From Octopus sinensis (taxonomy: Eukaryota): a stretch of DNA of 64,000 bases. The stretch covers positions 65,100,001 to 65,164,000 of the forward strand of contig NC_043007.1 in the NCBI RefSeq assembly GCF_006345805.1. The letters run 5' to 3'. Positions 1 through 14,699 of the stretch are shown here, in pieces (positions within the stretch are counted from its first letter, which is position 1; each line of letters begins with the position of its first letter). The notes under the pieces are model-generated. The model did not search any database and was not told where the DNA came from. It was given only the letters and a program-made list of their open reading frames with translations. The translations under genes were made by a program, and so were the position numbers.

Positions 1-35
<35 letters not shown>

Positions 36-90
36 TACATACAAACACATACAACACACACACACATACATACACACACACATATATATA
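1..90. repeat. (CA)n/(CATA)n microsatellite
   Basis: Direct reading of the tandem repeat. Confidence 0.95.
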
Positions 91-611
91 TGCATGAGTA
101 TCTGTGCATGTTGAATCTATTGCATCATCTGAAACACATCGTGATGTTTTTTTATAATCTGATAGGCACATTTTTCAATTACAGCACACTACTACCTAAC
201 ACAAATGTCTATACCATAACCGAAATCAGAAAATACATATCTTCACATTTAATAAATGATTAATTATTTTTTTGTCCGTATTATCAAAAATGGTCATACC
301 TCAAGCTCTTCTGTCAGCAAGGGACTGGACCCATATTTTACAGGACGATATGGACACGGCAAAGCAATCTAATGACAAGCGATCGTTAATTATTCAGTGC
401 TCCGGCAAATTGCAGTGGTACATATTTGCAGCTAGATTGATTGAGCCAGTAGGAGTTAAGTATCTTCACCATGATCGCAATGCGTCATCTGTGTCACTAT
501 GTTGAACATAATCAATACTTCACCTGATTGCCTGATGTCAATAGGACATCAGGCAATTTCTCTCTCTCTCTCTTTCGCTCCCATATTATTAGACAATATA
601 AAAGCTGGTGC

Positions 612-637
612 TTGCGTTGCTGCTACTGCTGCTGCTG

Positions 638-712
<75 letters not shown>

Positions 713-730
713 AATAATCATAATCATCAC
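612..730. repeat. Compound trinucleotide microsatellite (GCT)n(ACT)n(ATC)n
   Basis: Direct reading; source of the poly-T/L/Y ORFs in the track. Confidence 0.95.
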
Positions 731-790
731 ATTGGAATAAATGATTGCTGACAAAAATGAATATGTATCTTTATGTTTGTGTGTGCATGC

Positions 791-853
<63 letters not shown>

Positions 854-986
854 GTGTATATATATATATGTGTGTGTGTGTGTGTGCACGCGCGCGTGTA
901 TGTGTGTGTGTATATATGAGGATGTGTGTCTACACGTACACATGCATTTATATAAATATATGCATGTCCGTGATTTGTGTGTGCGT

Positions 987-1135
987 GCATAGCCGAGTGG
1001 TTAATGTGGTACTTTTGCAGGCATAAGATCTCGGGTTCGATCCCATTCCATGACACATTTGGCAAGCGTTTCATGTCATAGACCCAACCCAAATTAACAT
1101 TGTTTGAAACCTTGTCACGCACTATATTACTCTGA
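987..1135 (+). mobile_element. Degenerate tRNA-derived SINE head
   Basis: A-box-like TAGCCGAGTGG (990-1000) and B-box GGTTCGATCCC (1034-1044); downstream layout resembles the SINE at 45692. Confidence 0.55.
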
Positions 1136-1407
1136 TTATCTCTGAAAATTACAAGTGACTGGGAAATACTCGTCCTCATATGCTATAATTCTTTGAGTCA
1201 GTTAAAGTTCATCGGTTTGCTAGAATACTTCATTGCTGAAATCAACCGATAAAGAGCCATTTTCCGCTAAATTCCGTATATGAATACGCATGTATGTATG
1301 TATGTATGTATGTATGTATGTATGTATGTATGTATGTATGTATGTATGTATGTATGTATGTATGTATGTATGTATGTATGTATGTATGTGTGTATGTGTG
1401 TGTGTGT

Positions 1408-1658
1408 GGGGCGCGCAATGGCGCGTTGTGAGTGTTTATTGAGCGAAAACACCTAAAGCTCCACGAGGCTCCGGCAGGGGGTGTTGGTGGCGATCCCTGC
1501 TGTATTCTTTTGCCGCAACTTTCTCTCACTCTTTCTTCTGTTGGCCTGCTCGCTTAGCCAGCGGGGTGGCGTCATTTGAAGGCTAAAACAATGCGAAGCG
1601 CATTGTGACCAGCGATGTGTAGCAACATCTGATAGCCTGGTCGGTCACGGTGATCACG

Positions 1659-1662
<4 letters not shown>
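1408..1662 (+). mobile_element. GC-rich SINE-like interspersed repeat fragment with short tandem tail (TCACGGTGA)x2
   Basis: GC-rich island between (TATG)n and (TA)n tracts ending in a duplicated 9-mer; family not assigned. Confidence 0.35.
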
Positions 1663-1697
<35 letters not shown>

Positions 1698-2133
1698 CAA
1701 TAAATGAATTAAAAATAAGGAAATCATGCAATGAACTTCATTGGCAACGTATGCTTCTATTATAAGGTGCTGTCATTTGGTATTTTTCAGCGGTGGTCGT
1801 TTCTGTTTTCTGTATATGTAAATACTTTCTCAAACCTAAACTTCACTTTTGAAGGTCCGAGGAAGCTAGAAGGTGATACACAAATATTCAACTCTGATTA
1901 CAGTGCACGTTATGGCAGAAAGAGCTGTAAACTAGTGAATTTCGTCGCATAATTTCTTGTTCTTTATTTGATTTCGTATTACGTTCTATACCCAATTAAC
2001 GCTTTATTGAAAAGCATACGTTTATTGAGTTCTAACACCAATGGCTAAGCGAAACATGCACACATACATACATACATTCACACACACACATGCGCACGCA
2101 CAAACACACACACACTCTCTCACATACACACAC

Positions 2134-2164
<31 letters not shown>

Positions 2165-2169
2165 TATGA

Positions 2170-2352
2170 TTGCTCACTAACTTCTAAAGTTTTTTTTAAT
2201 TCTCTCTTTGTTTATTTCTTCGTGTTCCTCTCTGTTGAAGAACGTAGGTTCGAAACGTAAGAGACTTTCTCACCTTCCTGAGCGCCAAACTAATACACCT
2301 GCTTGTTGTTTATATACCTGTCTCCATCTTTTGTTTTTCTGTAAATTTCAAC
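2170..2352 (+). mobile_element. Penelope-like pseudo-LTR fragment (solo), family shared with 42030-42200
   Basis: Aligns by eye to the reverse complement of 42030-42200; contains a hammerhead-like motif. Confidence 0.6.
2228..2263 (+). ncRNA. Minimal type I hammerhead ribozyme candidate, A6U core variant
   Basis: CTCT-CTGTTGA-A-GAAC gtag GTTC-GAAAC-GTA-AGAG: stem I CTCT/AGAG, stem II GAAC/GTTC, palindromic ACGT stem III, GUA triplet. Confidence 0.65.
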
Positions 2353-2389
<37 letters not shown>

Positions 2390-2466
2390 ACATACATACA
2401 TACATACATACATACATACATACATACATACATACATGCATACATACATACATACATACATATATA

Positions 2467-2606
2467 GGCGTAGGCGTGGCCGTGTTGTGAGAAGCTTGTT
2501 TTAGAACCACATGGTTTCCAGTTCAATCCCACTATGTGACACGGTCTACTATAGCCGTGGAACGACCGAAACCTTGTGAGTGGAATTGGTAGACGGAAAT
2601 TAGAAA
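2467..2606 (+). mobile_element. tRNA-derived SINE (family D) 5' part, degenerate
   Basis: Homologous to 45692-45850 (ggcgtaggcgtggc...accttgtgagtggaattggtagacggaaa). Confidence 0.8.
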
Positions 2607-2780
2607 TGTTTTGGGGCTTTCACTCCTCCTTTCAGCATCTAAGGTGTCCTATTAGAGTCACCTCTTTTGTGTATAAATGTACACTTATTTTATATGAAAA
2701 ATATGTTGTCCAATGACTGTTCATGCATGCTAGTCTCACTGGTAGAAAATTTCTCTAATTTTCCTAACCTATATATATAT

Positions 2781-3427
<647 letters not shown>

Positions 3428-3473
3428 TATATATATATATATATATATCTGTGTGTGTGTGTGTGTGTGTAAT

Positions 3474-3509
<36 letters not shown>

Positions 3510-3618
3510 GTAATATAATAATAAGAGTAAATAATTTCTATAATGGTTTTTAAAAAAACAACAATTATTTACTGGTAGAATTCGGTATGTAAATATAGCC
3601 GATTAACGGTATTTATAT

Positions 3619-3705
<87 letters not shown>

Positions 3706-4533
3706 GTACATATATATACATATAAAATCCTTTGTGTCGATTAAGACTTACTTCATGAGTGAGCAGGAGTGGAAAATAAGTCAAAATCCTTTTTCAATTT
3801 TAAACCTAATGTATGTTATCAACGTGAAATTAAAATGCTCATTGACAGATGAAAAACAGGACATAGGGAAGAATGATGAGTATGTTAAAGATTAAAGAAA
3901 CCAGATATTTTTTTTTTATATATATTATTGAGCCTTAATTACGAACAGAAAAGCGTCAAGAAGAGGTGTGTGATAGACAAATGAAAGAAAGAAGCTATAA
4001 TTAAAGTAACTGCAGCAGAATAATGTAGCAGAAAGGAGTCCGAAGTCTGTGAGACATCTATTCAATCTGGAGCGGGTAGTGTCCTCAACTTCGAGAAAAG
4101 AAATCTGTCCATGTGCATGTATTTGCTAAAATTTTCGGATCTGGAATTAAGTAGCGTAAGAAGGTGATCTTTCAGCTACGGATAACTTGCATCCATTTGA
4201 TCCATTTACATATGGTGTTAGTTTCTCTACGATTTGTCACTTGATTGTATGTGGTGTGCATTTGGTGTTCAAATCCCATACATGGCTACCTTCACTTTTC
4301 CTACTTTTCTTTTCTTGTTCTATTTTTTTTGCATCAACCTTCTTCGCGTGTTTGTCTTATTTCTTTTTCTTCTCGTTTATTTTCTCATATAATTTCATTG
4401 ACCAGTGTCAAATTAATCTATCGTTATTAACTGAGCGTGAAAGAGCGCTTGGAGATACATGGTATGTATATAAATCAGTCAATTTAATGTAACTTAAAGC
4501 CTGAAACTGTTAGTAACTCTTTTGTAATAGTAC

Positions 4534-4674
<141 letters not shown>

Positions 4675-4739
4675 TAAAAACGGTAAGATAACAAAAGAAG
4701 AAAGAGACCTCAATATTAAGTAAATAGAGGAAATTTATC

Positions 4740-5391
<652 letters not shown>

Positions 5392-5399
5392 ATATACAA

Positions 5400-5560
5400 T
5401 GAGCTTTCACAAAGTTTCCTTCAACGAAATTCACCCAGAAGGTATTGCTCTGCACGGGGTTAAAGTACAGGATACTTTCATAGAGTGCCGTGCATTGGGA
5501 CTGAACCCAAAATGACATGGTTGCAAAGCGAGCTTCTTAATCACACATCCTTACCTACTC
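5400..5560 (-). mobile_element. Degenerate SINE family D head
   Basis: Reverse-complement similarity to 45692-45850 (gggactgaacccaaaatgacatggttgcaaagcgagcttcttaatcacac). Confidence 0.6.
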
Positions 5561-5878
5561 CATATTATGTAATCTGAAAAAGTTATGCATTTGTCATGAA
5601 GCAGGCCTACCTTGAAAATGTCCACAATTAGATGTTTCTGTCAGTTACCAATTTTGTTTCTTGTTTCGTTTTTCGTTTTCTGCTTAAATATTTCTTACTA
5701 ACATTCCCGTGTGGTCAAAAACGGTGGCAGTTTTATTAATGATAGAAAACGGTGCGTCAAAACAATGGGACAAATTAGTGATAAATGTTAGCAATCAGTA
5801 AATATATGTACATACACAGAATTGTAGTTCTTGAACAGATACAGTCGCAATGTCTCGGCTGAAAATATTATCGTCTAC

Positions 5879-5922
<44 letters not shown>

Positions 5923-6206
5923 CAACAATTGAGGGCAAAATTAATTAATTATTAATCAATTTCACCAAGTGTTCAGTATGCAAAGGGACCATTCAAGGCG
6001 AATTCAAATTATTACATTATATAAAAGGGCTTAGTAAAATAAATTACTTTGCCGCATACTGAACTCATTAGAAATAGCAGCTAAAAAACTTTTTTAAAGC
6101 TATTTCTAATACTTAAAGAAAATCTCTCTCATATATAGTGTTTGCTTAATTCAACTCACAAAAGTTTGGGGGTAAGGACATCGAAAAATCAAATGCTAAG
6201 GTTATT

Positions 6207-6258
6207 TGAGAACGTACGTTTCAAGATTAGTCAAAACAACACTTCTATCATCAGCTCA
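6207..6258 (-). ncRNA. Hammerhead ribozyme candidate (inverted copy of 6658-6709)
   Basis: Exact reverse complement of 6658-6709. Confidence 0.55.
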
Positions 6259-6657
6259 GAAATTCCTTGGTTTGGATTTGGAAACACTGAAAATAAGAAC
6301 ATACCCTTTCAGTATGCGGCAAAGTAATTTATTTTACTAAGCCCTTTTATATAATGTAATAATTTGAATTCGCCTTGAATGGTCCCTTTGCATACTGAAC
6401 ACTTGGTGAAATTGATTAATAATTAATTAATTTTGCCCTCAATTGTTGAAATTATAATTAATCTCCCTCTGATTAATGCTTCGGATTTTACCGAAATAAG
6501 CATAGTGTTTGATGATTTTAACCCACGCTGGTGGAAAGGGGAGAACAGAGATTCTTCGCTTGCTTATTTGAATTTGTTGGCACTGTTAGTTACGAGCAGA
6601 TCTTCGAAAGGGTATGTTCTTATTTTCAGTGTTTCCAAATCCAAACCAAGGAATTTC

Positions 6658-6709
6658 TGAGCTGATGATAGAAGTGTTGTTTTGACTAATCTTGAAACGT
6701 ACGTTCTCA
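6658..6709 (+). ncRNA. Type I hammerhead ribozyme candidate with canonical core
   Basis: TGAG-CTGATGA-(25-nt irregular stem II)-GAAAC-GTAC-GTT-CTCA; stem I TGAG/CTCA; palindromic ACGTACGT stem III; GUU triplet. Confidence 0.55.
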
Positions 6710-6892
6710 AATAACCTTAGCATTTGATTTTTCGATGTCCTTACCCCCAAACTTTTGTGAGTTGAATTAAGCAAACACTATATATGAGAGAGATTTTCTT
6801 TAAGTATTAGAAATAGCTTTAAAAAAGTTTTTTAGCTGCTATTTCTAATGAGTTCAGTATGCGGCAAAGTAATTTATTTTACTAAGCCCTTT

Positions 6893-6992
<100 letters not shown>

Positions 6993-7216
6993 ATATATAT
7001 ATGTATATATATATATATGTGTATATATATATATATGTGTATATATACGTCGGAGTAAAACTCTAGCTAGTGTCGAATGTTTTACAAAGTAAATCTTATA
7101 AATTGGAACACATTCAATAACCTCAAACGCTAGTGTTACTCACAAAAGAGGTACACATATACAAATACACGTAGCGTTTTATATATAAATTGCTACTGCT
7201 GCTGCTGACATTATCG

Positions 7217-7250
<34 letters not shown>

Positions 7251-8022
7251 GACACACACATACGCACACACACACACACATATATATAATCGTGAGCGTG
7301 TATGTTAGTGTGTATGTGTGGGTATGTGCGCGCGCGCGTGATTGCATATCTGAAAACGCGACAGATTTATACGACACATGGTAAACTCTATATGTGTTCG
7401 AAGTCAAATATTGTTTCCCTATGAAATTGCTACGAGATTGTCACTGTAATCCTTCTTTAATTTGTTCCATTTAATATCCTCTACCACTGCAGTATTACAT
7501 AGTAAGATTACACGCATAAATCACAACTTAATTGATAGTAATAGGCAAACAAACAAGTACTTATGAATTAAACCTGAGAATAAATATCACCTCCACCTAT
7601 AACTCAAACAAACTAGATGACACACGTACAGGATGGAAACCAAGTGAACACTCAGAATAAAAGAGGGGTCTTTTTAGGGGTTAATTAGATAAAATATACT
7701 TTGTCCACACTTAATTATCAGCCGTGTAATTTCAGAATAAGGGCAACTCCTTTCATGAAAGCAAATATAATGCCAAAAAGGAAACGCCCTTATAATCAAT
7801 AGTTAAAACAATCTCACACCACTATGATAATGATTTCTACTACAGGCACAAGGCTACTCACTTTTGTAGGAGAGCACTATCGATTATATTGACCTCATTA
7901 CTATTAATTGCTACTCATTTTATTGCGCTCAAAGTATAAAAATCAAAGCTTATTCTAATAGGATTTGAACTTCACATGTAAAGAGCGTAAATAAATGCTT
8001 GTGCTCTACGTTTCTAGAATTC

Positions 8023-8023
<1 letters not shown>

Positions 8024-8097
<74 letters not shown>
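8024..8097. repeat. (ATT)n microsatellite directly 5' of SINE A
   Basis: Direct reading. Confidence 0.95.
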
Positions 8098-8645
8098 GGC
8101 GGCGAGCTGGCAGAATCGTTAGCACGCTGGGCGAAATGCTCAGCGGTATTTCGTCTGCCGTTACGTTCTGAGTTCAAATTCCGCCGAGGTCGACTTTGCT
8201 TTTCATCCTTTCGATAAATTAAGTAGCAGTTACGCACTGGGATCGTTATAATCAACTTAATCCGTTTGTCTGTCCCTGTTTGTCCTCTCTGTGTTTAGCC
8301 CATTGTGGGTAGTAAAGAAATAGCTATTTCACCCGTCGCTCCGACCTGAGTTCAAATTCCGTCGAGGTTGACTTTGCCTTTCATTATTTCGGGGTCGATT
8401 AAATAAGTAGCAGTTACGCACTGGGGTCGATGTAATCGACTTAATCCGTTTGTCTGTCCTTGTTTGTCCCTTCTGTGTTTAGCCCCTTGTGAGTAGTAAA
8501 GGAATAGGTATTTCGTTCGTCTTCACCTTCTGAGTTCAAATACTACCGGGGTCGACTTTGCCTTTCATCCTTTCGGGGTTATTAAAATGAGTACCATTTG
8601 AGTATTGGGGTCGATGTAATCGATTAGTCCCCTCCCCCAAAATTT
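8098..8645 (+). mobile_element. tRNA-derived SINE family A, trimeric array
   Basis: GGCGGCGAGCTGGCAGAATCG head, B-box GAGTTCAAATTCC; the gagttcaaat...gtcgactttgcctttcat...ggggtcgat unit recurs three times. Confidence 0.85.
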
Positions 8646-9562
8646 CACCGCTCTCACCACACATTCTGCATTTGTCGCTATCGGTAGTGTTGTTTATTCT
8701 GCACTTCATATAGTTTGTCCTTACGCTTGTTCATGAGCTATGCATATTAGTGCTTTTGTCTCTATCTTCAGTTCACTCCTCCTAATCCATAGCCACCGGT
8801 CTTCTGTATCTGTGTTCGCGTCCACATCTCTTGCAAACTGGCCGTACATTTTCTTTTTTCTTCCATGCTTTTGCCTTTTTTATTTTCTTAATTTCTTGTT
8901 TAAATTTTTCTTTAGTTACACAATTTTCAGTTTTGATGATGCTGGTCTGCTTCGTGTTTTTCAATAGTAGCTCCATGGCACTTTTTATATACCACACTCT
9001 GCTGTTTTTCTCTGCTTTGTTACAGTCCTGGCAACTGATCAAAACTCTCCCACCCTTTCTTCTGGATAAGCACTACCTATCGGTGTCACTCTGTGTGGAA
9101 GGCTACGTGTACTGTCACCATTTTTCTGGTCTTGGTATCCATTTTCTTCGCTTCTCTCTTTTGCCATTTTATAATTACCGCTCCATACCGAAGTGATGCT
9201 ATAACTCAACACCAACCTACGTCTTCAGAAATACTCCATCCTTAGTTGCTCTTTCATTTCCTTTTCCGTTATCTCCTTGAATTCCAGTACACGAAGGTAT
9301 TTGTATCCCTCCGTTTCAGTTTGTTTAATCAAGTCTCTATTCAGTCACTGCTAGGGTCTGTACCTTGCCTCTTTTTTTTTGGTAGATTATTCCGTACTTC
9401 TTGAGTCCAAATTCTATTCTAATATCAGTACTAAAACAGCGGATCATGTTCAATAAGGAACTCACTTGTGTCTCATCTTTGCCATACAGTTTCAAGTCAT
9501 CCATGAAGAGGAGGTGGTTGATTGTTTGAGATTTTCCCTTTAGATGGTATCCCAGGTTCATT
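8646..9562 (-). mobile_element. R4/Dong-like (RLE-type) non-LTR retrotransposon fragment: RT plus CCHC region, degenerate
   Basis: Minus-strand INHLLFMDDLKLYGKDE...IEFGLKK (RT) and KMYGQFARDVD...RWLWIRRSELKIETKALI...DKCRMCGE. Confidence 0.8.
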
Positions 9563-9563
9563 T

Positions 9564-9645
<82 letters not shown>

Positions 9646-9656
9646 CATTATTACTA

Positions 9657-9697
<41 letters not shown>

Positions 9698-10200
9698 TTA
9701 TTTTTATCATTTGCTTTCACTGCACTACTGAGTACAGCCTGTGTGTTTTGGGTATGTGCTATGATCTGTTGTGGTGCTCTTATTTTCACTGTATTGAAAT
9801 TGTATTACATAGGATGTGTCCGTTGCCTCGTAGTGCAATTTTCTGTATGTTATATATACTTGTATGTCCTGGTGTTTTTGTTATTTATTTGTCTGAAAAT
9901 TTTTTATCATACACAATGCGCCTACTATCATGGGAATTGTTTCTGTTTTTAGGCTCCACATTCGAGTTACCTCTATTTCCAGTTCTTTGTATTTTGAAAG
10001 TTTCTACGTTTCTTTAGAAAAACATTGTCACGTGTTAGTATTGATACATCGATTAGAAAGCATTTTTTTTTTGTTGGTGATCTCTGACAATTATATCTGG
10101 CCTATTGGCCTTAATTTCTCTAATTGTATGTATCCCACAGTATGGTTGCTTTCTCTCTTTTTTCTGTTGCTATTCCATTGTATTATTCCATAGCTTCTAG
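9563..10200 (-). mobile_element. R4/Dong-like element 3' end (RLE domain, 3' UTR, (TAA)n tail), second copy
   Basis: Minus-strand PDIIVRDHQQKKCFLIDVSI...LSKYKELEIEVTRMWSLKTETIPMIVGAL...PGHTSIYNIQKIAL, then (TAA)n at ~9566-9700. Confidence 0.8.
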
Positions 10201-10269
10201 AGTATTGATTCATTTAAAGAGTTCTTATGGAGATAAATATGGCGATTTATAATCTTTATTTATTCGGAT

Positions 10270-12200
10270 TTACAACGTATTTTTGATTTGTGTGTGTATA
10301 TATGTGTGTGTGTAATTCTTTCTCGGGGGTGCGGTACTCGTTAAAGGTTTCAAGACATTTGGTATAGTTAATGAGAGTATGTAACTCTCTTTCGTTTGCT
10401 TAGGTGTGTCAACTTTTGTTCGATAAAAGTTTTTTTTAAATCTACGTGACCATTTTGAGTTAATTATCAATCGTTCAGATGATTATACGGACGATGTACA
10501 ACAATCATTCCAGTCATTTCTAAAAAAGTACCAAAGCAATCTTATCTTCCATGTTTCATTTCTATAATTAGATCACAATATGCAATCGAATATATTTCTT
10601 TTGAATAATTCCTTTGCTATATCTGTTGTCTTCTCCTGATGGGTATTTTCATATGTACCTCTCATGTCTGTAGTTTTATACTGTCTGGCCAATTTAATCT
10701 CAAATGTTTTCTGACTTGGTAACTTTGATTCATCGGAAATTAACTCTGCCATATTTATCAATACGAAACTCTACAGCAATACCGGAGCAATATAGTTGTA
10801 CCGGTTTATAAATATTTATTAATAGATATTTTTTTTAATAAGTCGCCCTTCAATTTTTGGAAGATCGTTGTGGATTTAGATGCCTATATTAATATTTGTT
10901 TTCTTTAGTCAACTCTAGTTGCGTAATAATCCTATCTTAACCTAGCTTCACTATGGAAAACATCGTGTGCCATCTTATGGATAATGCAATCATGAATTAT
11001 TTCATATTTTATTTCGCTTTTTATAATTATTTGCATTCATTTGTTGTTTATTTTTCGAGCTTCTACTATATCCCCACTTAAGCTGTATGTTGCTGCGACC
11101 ACAGTCCAAGATTTAACAATTTCCAGTTTATTATATCCCCGTCTGATTATTAAATGTATTTCCTATTTGTCTTACATTTAATACGATAGGTTTAGTTTTG
11201 CTTAATTTTTCTGAAATCCAAGTTTACTTCGTATCTCCCTAGTATAATTTTTCACACGATAAATTGATTTATATCCTTGTAGCATATTTTATATCTATTA
11301 TACCAATATCGCCTTAGTTTTTTCGTATTTGATGTTTGATATTGTCTCTAATATTTTCAGGCCTTGTCACTTTGTGCTGATCTGAAACTAGCTCTAACAT
11401 TTGAATGACACTAAACTTGAAACCAATTAAAGGGTTCCTTTAATCACAACCTTCTGCCTGGAAAATAAAGGTAGGTAGAGTAATGTACTTTAGCTATATA
11501 AAGAGTGTGGGTGATTAGGGATGACCTGGGGGTTAAATAACCACGTTGATAACAACAAAAATTTAAAGTGTTGTCCGAGCAAACAAGGATTTACATTATC
11601 ATCAAGATTTTCTATTTTCATCCCCTTGCAACATTGCGTTTTTCATGTGTTAGAAGATTTTAAGTCAATCTACTTAAGTCTCCACTTAATTATGTGAAAA
11701 ATCAAAAAGTATGATAGCTAGCATAGAATCTGCATTTTCAAATGTAGACAATAGCCAGTCAAAACTCTGTGTTTTAGGTGTAAATTTCTTTTCTTCCTTC
11801 ATCCATGGATGTCAGTTTTCATAAATTCGAAACCTAATATAATCATTTCAATATCTCTATTGATTCCAGGATCCACAAGTGATATGTTTCCCAGTATATC
11901 GCCACAGGTAGTAGTGACATTAATTTTACTTTAGTTTTTATGTTTTTATATAAATTCCTTCTTTCACTTCTCACCAGAAAAATTTCTTGAATCGCCCATA
12001 GGTTTTTTTCGTAATTTTCCCATGAAATTTTGCTCGTTCTCTAATTGTCTGTATGTTTCTTCATAGTTTCAAATCAATGGCAATGTATTCACCTTAGTGT
12101 AATCTGGTTGCAAATTCAATAAGCATTGCTGCGATAAATTTATATGTCAAATTTGATTGGTTGAAATTTAATGAGAAAATATAACTGAAAACTTTTATAA
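10270..12200 (-). mobile_element. Heavily decayed LINE, probably RTE-X-like
   Basis: Broken minus-strand frames with IAID-like and CGDILG (QGD-like) RT remnants and IENETWKIR, resembling the RTE-X thumb motif; many stops; boundaries approximate. Confidence 0.35.
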
Positions 12201-12693
12201 CGACTAATCAATGACTTCTCAGTATTAAGCTTATAGCTAATATTAACTATCTTCATATTAAAACCTTTTAAACGTTACACCACGACATGATATTTTCTAA
12301 TAATATCGATTAATGAGCCATCGCTAATAATGCTCCAAGTTAACTGAAACCCTTTTGAGTTGATATCTAGTTATGATTCAAATGCAACTGAGATTTTTAA
12401 TTGATGCTCCAAATACTTCGAATACAAATGACTGACATCTTCACCATCGCTTGAAGAATCATTTAAACTTCTCAGAATTGTAATACGTTTTCTTGTTCCT
12501 TATCACAGCACTATCATTCAACACTTCTGTTACTGTCTTAAAACACTTGGCATAAACTATTTAAGTATAATATTAAGACAAAGAGTTTTGTCGACACATT
12601 TACATACACAAATCCCAGTATTTGTAACGATCATATTGCGAGGGTCTAAGAGTCTCATCTCGTGTCATATTATCTTTTGTTTCATCTAGTGCG

Positions 12694-12751
<58 letters not shown>

Positions 12752-12766
12752 GCACGCACGCACACA

Positions 12767-12817
<51 letters not shown>

Positions 12818-13310
12818 TCATGTTCAGTATTTTCTATACCTGCATGATTTTCCCTAATTGTTATTAGGATAGAGACGTGGCTAGAATAAAAACTTGCAAT
12901 CAAAACAATTTGCCTCTCTCTCTTTCTCTCTCACACGCTTCGCGATCGTTCGACTTGGCAGAAATAGCAGCTAAATTCGCACAAATTTCTCCCTTGCAAA
13001 TGAAAAACAACAAAAACATTGACCAAGTTGTAAAATGCTTGATAATAGATGCTGAAACGCCTTTAATCACGTGTCTGCTCAATCAAGTTTGTCTTGACGT
13101 TGAACTTTCAGCAGTGGTTTATTTATAATGTGTAATATTTTTATGATAAAGCTTTTTGTTAACGCTGGTGTTGTTGTTTAAACTATCTTTCCTTGCACTG
13201 CGTAGCTTAACGGATCGAAACTCAGAGTGAGATATAATTAGCTGCTGTGTAGATAAGATCGACGTGAACCTTTGTTAATGATGCAGCAATTTCAATGACT
13301 AAATCCGTAC

Positions 13311-13716
<406 letters not shown>

Positions 13717-14699
13717 ATATGCATAGTCACAAGTATGAATATAATATAGAAGATATACATATCGCCATATATTAATAAATAGTCACCTGCAAATTATTGA
13801 TTTCTAACCATGAGATAAAGCCAGAAATTTAATCGATCCTAATACTTGACCGATGCTATTTCTCGTCGAGCGCAGAAGAGTGAAAGATAAAACCAATGCT
13901 CATGGGATTTGAACACACAACGTAAAGGGACGTAACTAGACACCGTAAAGTATTTAGTCGGCCGGCCTACTGGTTCTATTATCCACTTCCCGTTCACTTT
14001 AAATTATTAACAATGCTTTAATAACATACTGTCACACGTGATTCAAAGAGCTGTATACATCTTATATGTATGTACATTCATATTTCATTGATGCGCATAC
14101 ATTCTCACACCTATAACTCATCTTGTGCGTATGAGTGTGTGTGTGTGTGTGTGTGCGTGTACGTGTGTGTGTGTGTGTATGTATGTGTGCGTGCGTGTGT
14201 GCATATGTATGTGTATGTGTTTTCATAGCTGATTCTAACAATATATTGATTACTGACTCAAGCTTCAACTCGCATCCCCTCCTGCCACTTCACTTCGGTT
14301 GAGTATTCTGTTCTCTTCTGTAAGCGTTAAGCATGTGACTTAAGGGGTGTGACAGATTCTCAGGTGGTCTCCCAACTGGTCTGGAGTTTGGAAAATCTTG
14401 GTGATGAGCCAAGGCATTTAGTTATTGGGTAGCCTTCTTGTCACATGGTCAAGCTATTTCAGGTTTCTCTTTCTTATAAGTTCGTTAATGGTGTCTGTGA
14501 AGAGAAGAGCTTTTCTCGGAACACTGCCCGGAACACTACCACAATCTTTACCACTCTTACAAATAGTACAATTAATAACAACAATAGTAATAATAACAAT
14601 GATGCTAATGATAAAGTTAATAATACTATTAATCTAAACTTTTCTACCCCCTTCTCTAACCTCTCCTCTAACAATACACAATCCTCAAAGTTCCCTGAA

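Noticed and set aside
272-505. 77-aa ORF and a possible 69-nt minus-strand exon (300-368, IALPCPYRPVKYGSSPLLTEELE)
   Set aside because: No recognisable domain; acceptor weak; cannot be chained in phase with the other candidate exons.
8098-8645. CRISPR-like spaced repeats
   Set aside because: Repeats are tandem SINE units in a eukaryotic context; no unique spacers or cas genes.
14488-14530. CTGTGAA-GAGAAGA/TTTTCTC-GGAAC upstream of the GIY-YIG remnant
   Set aside because: Could be a decayed A6U-type hammerhead, but core, GAAA and triplet are all altered; not supportable.
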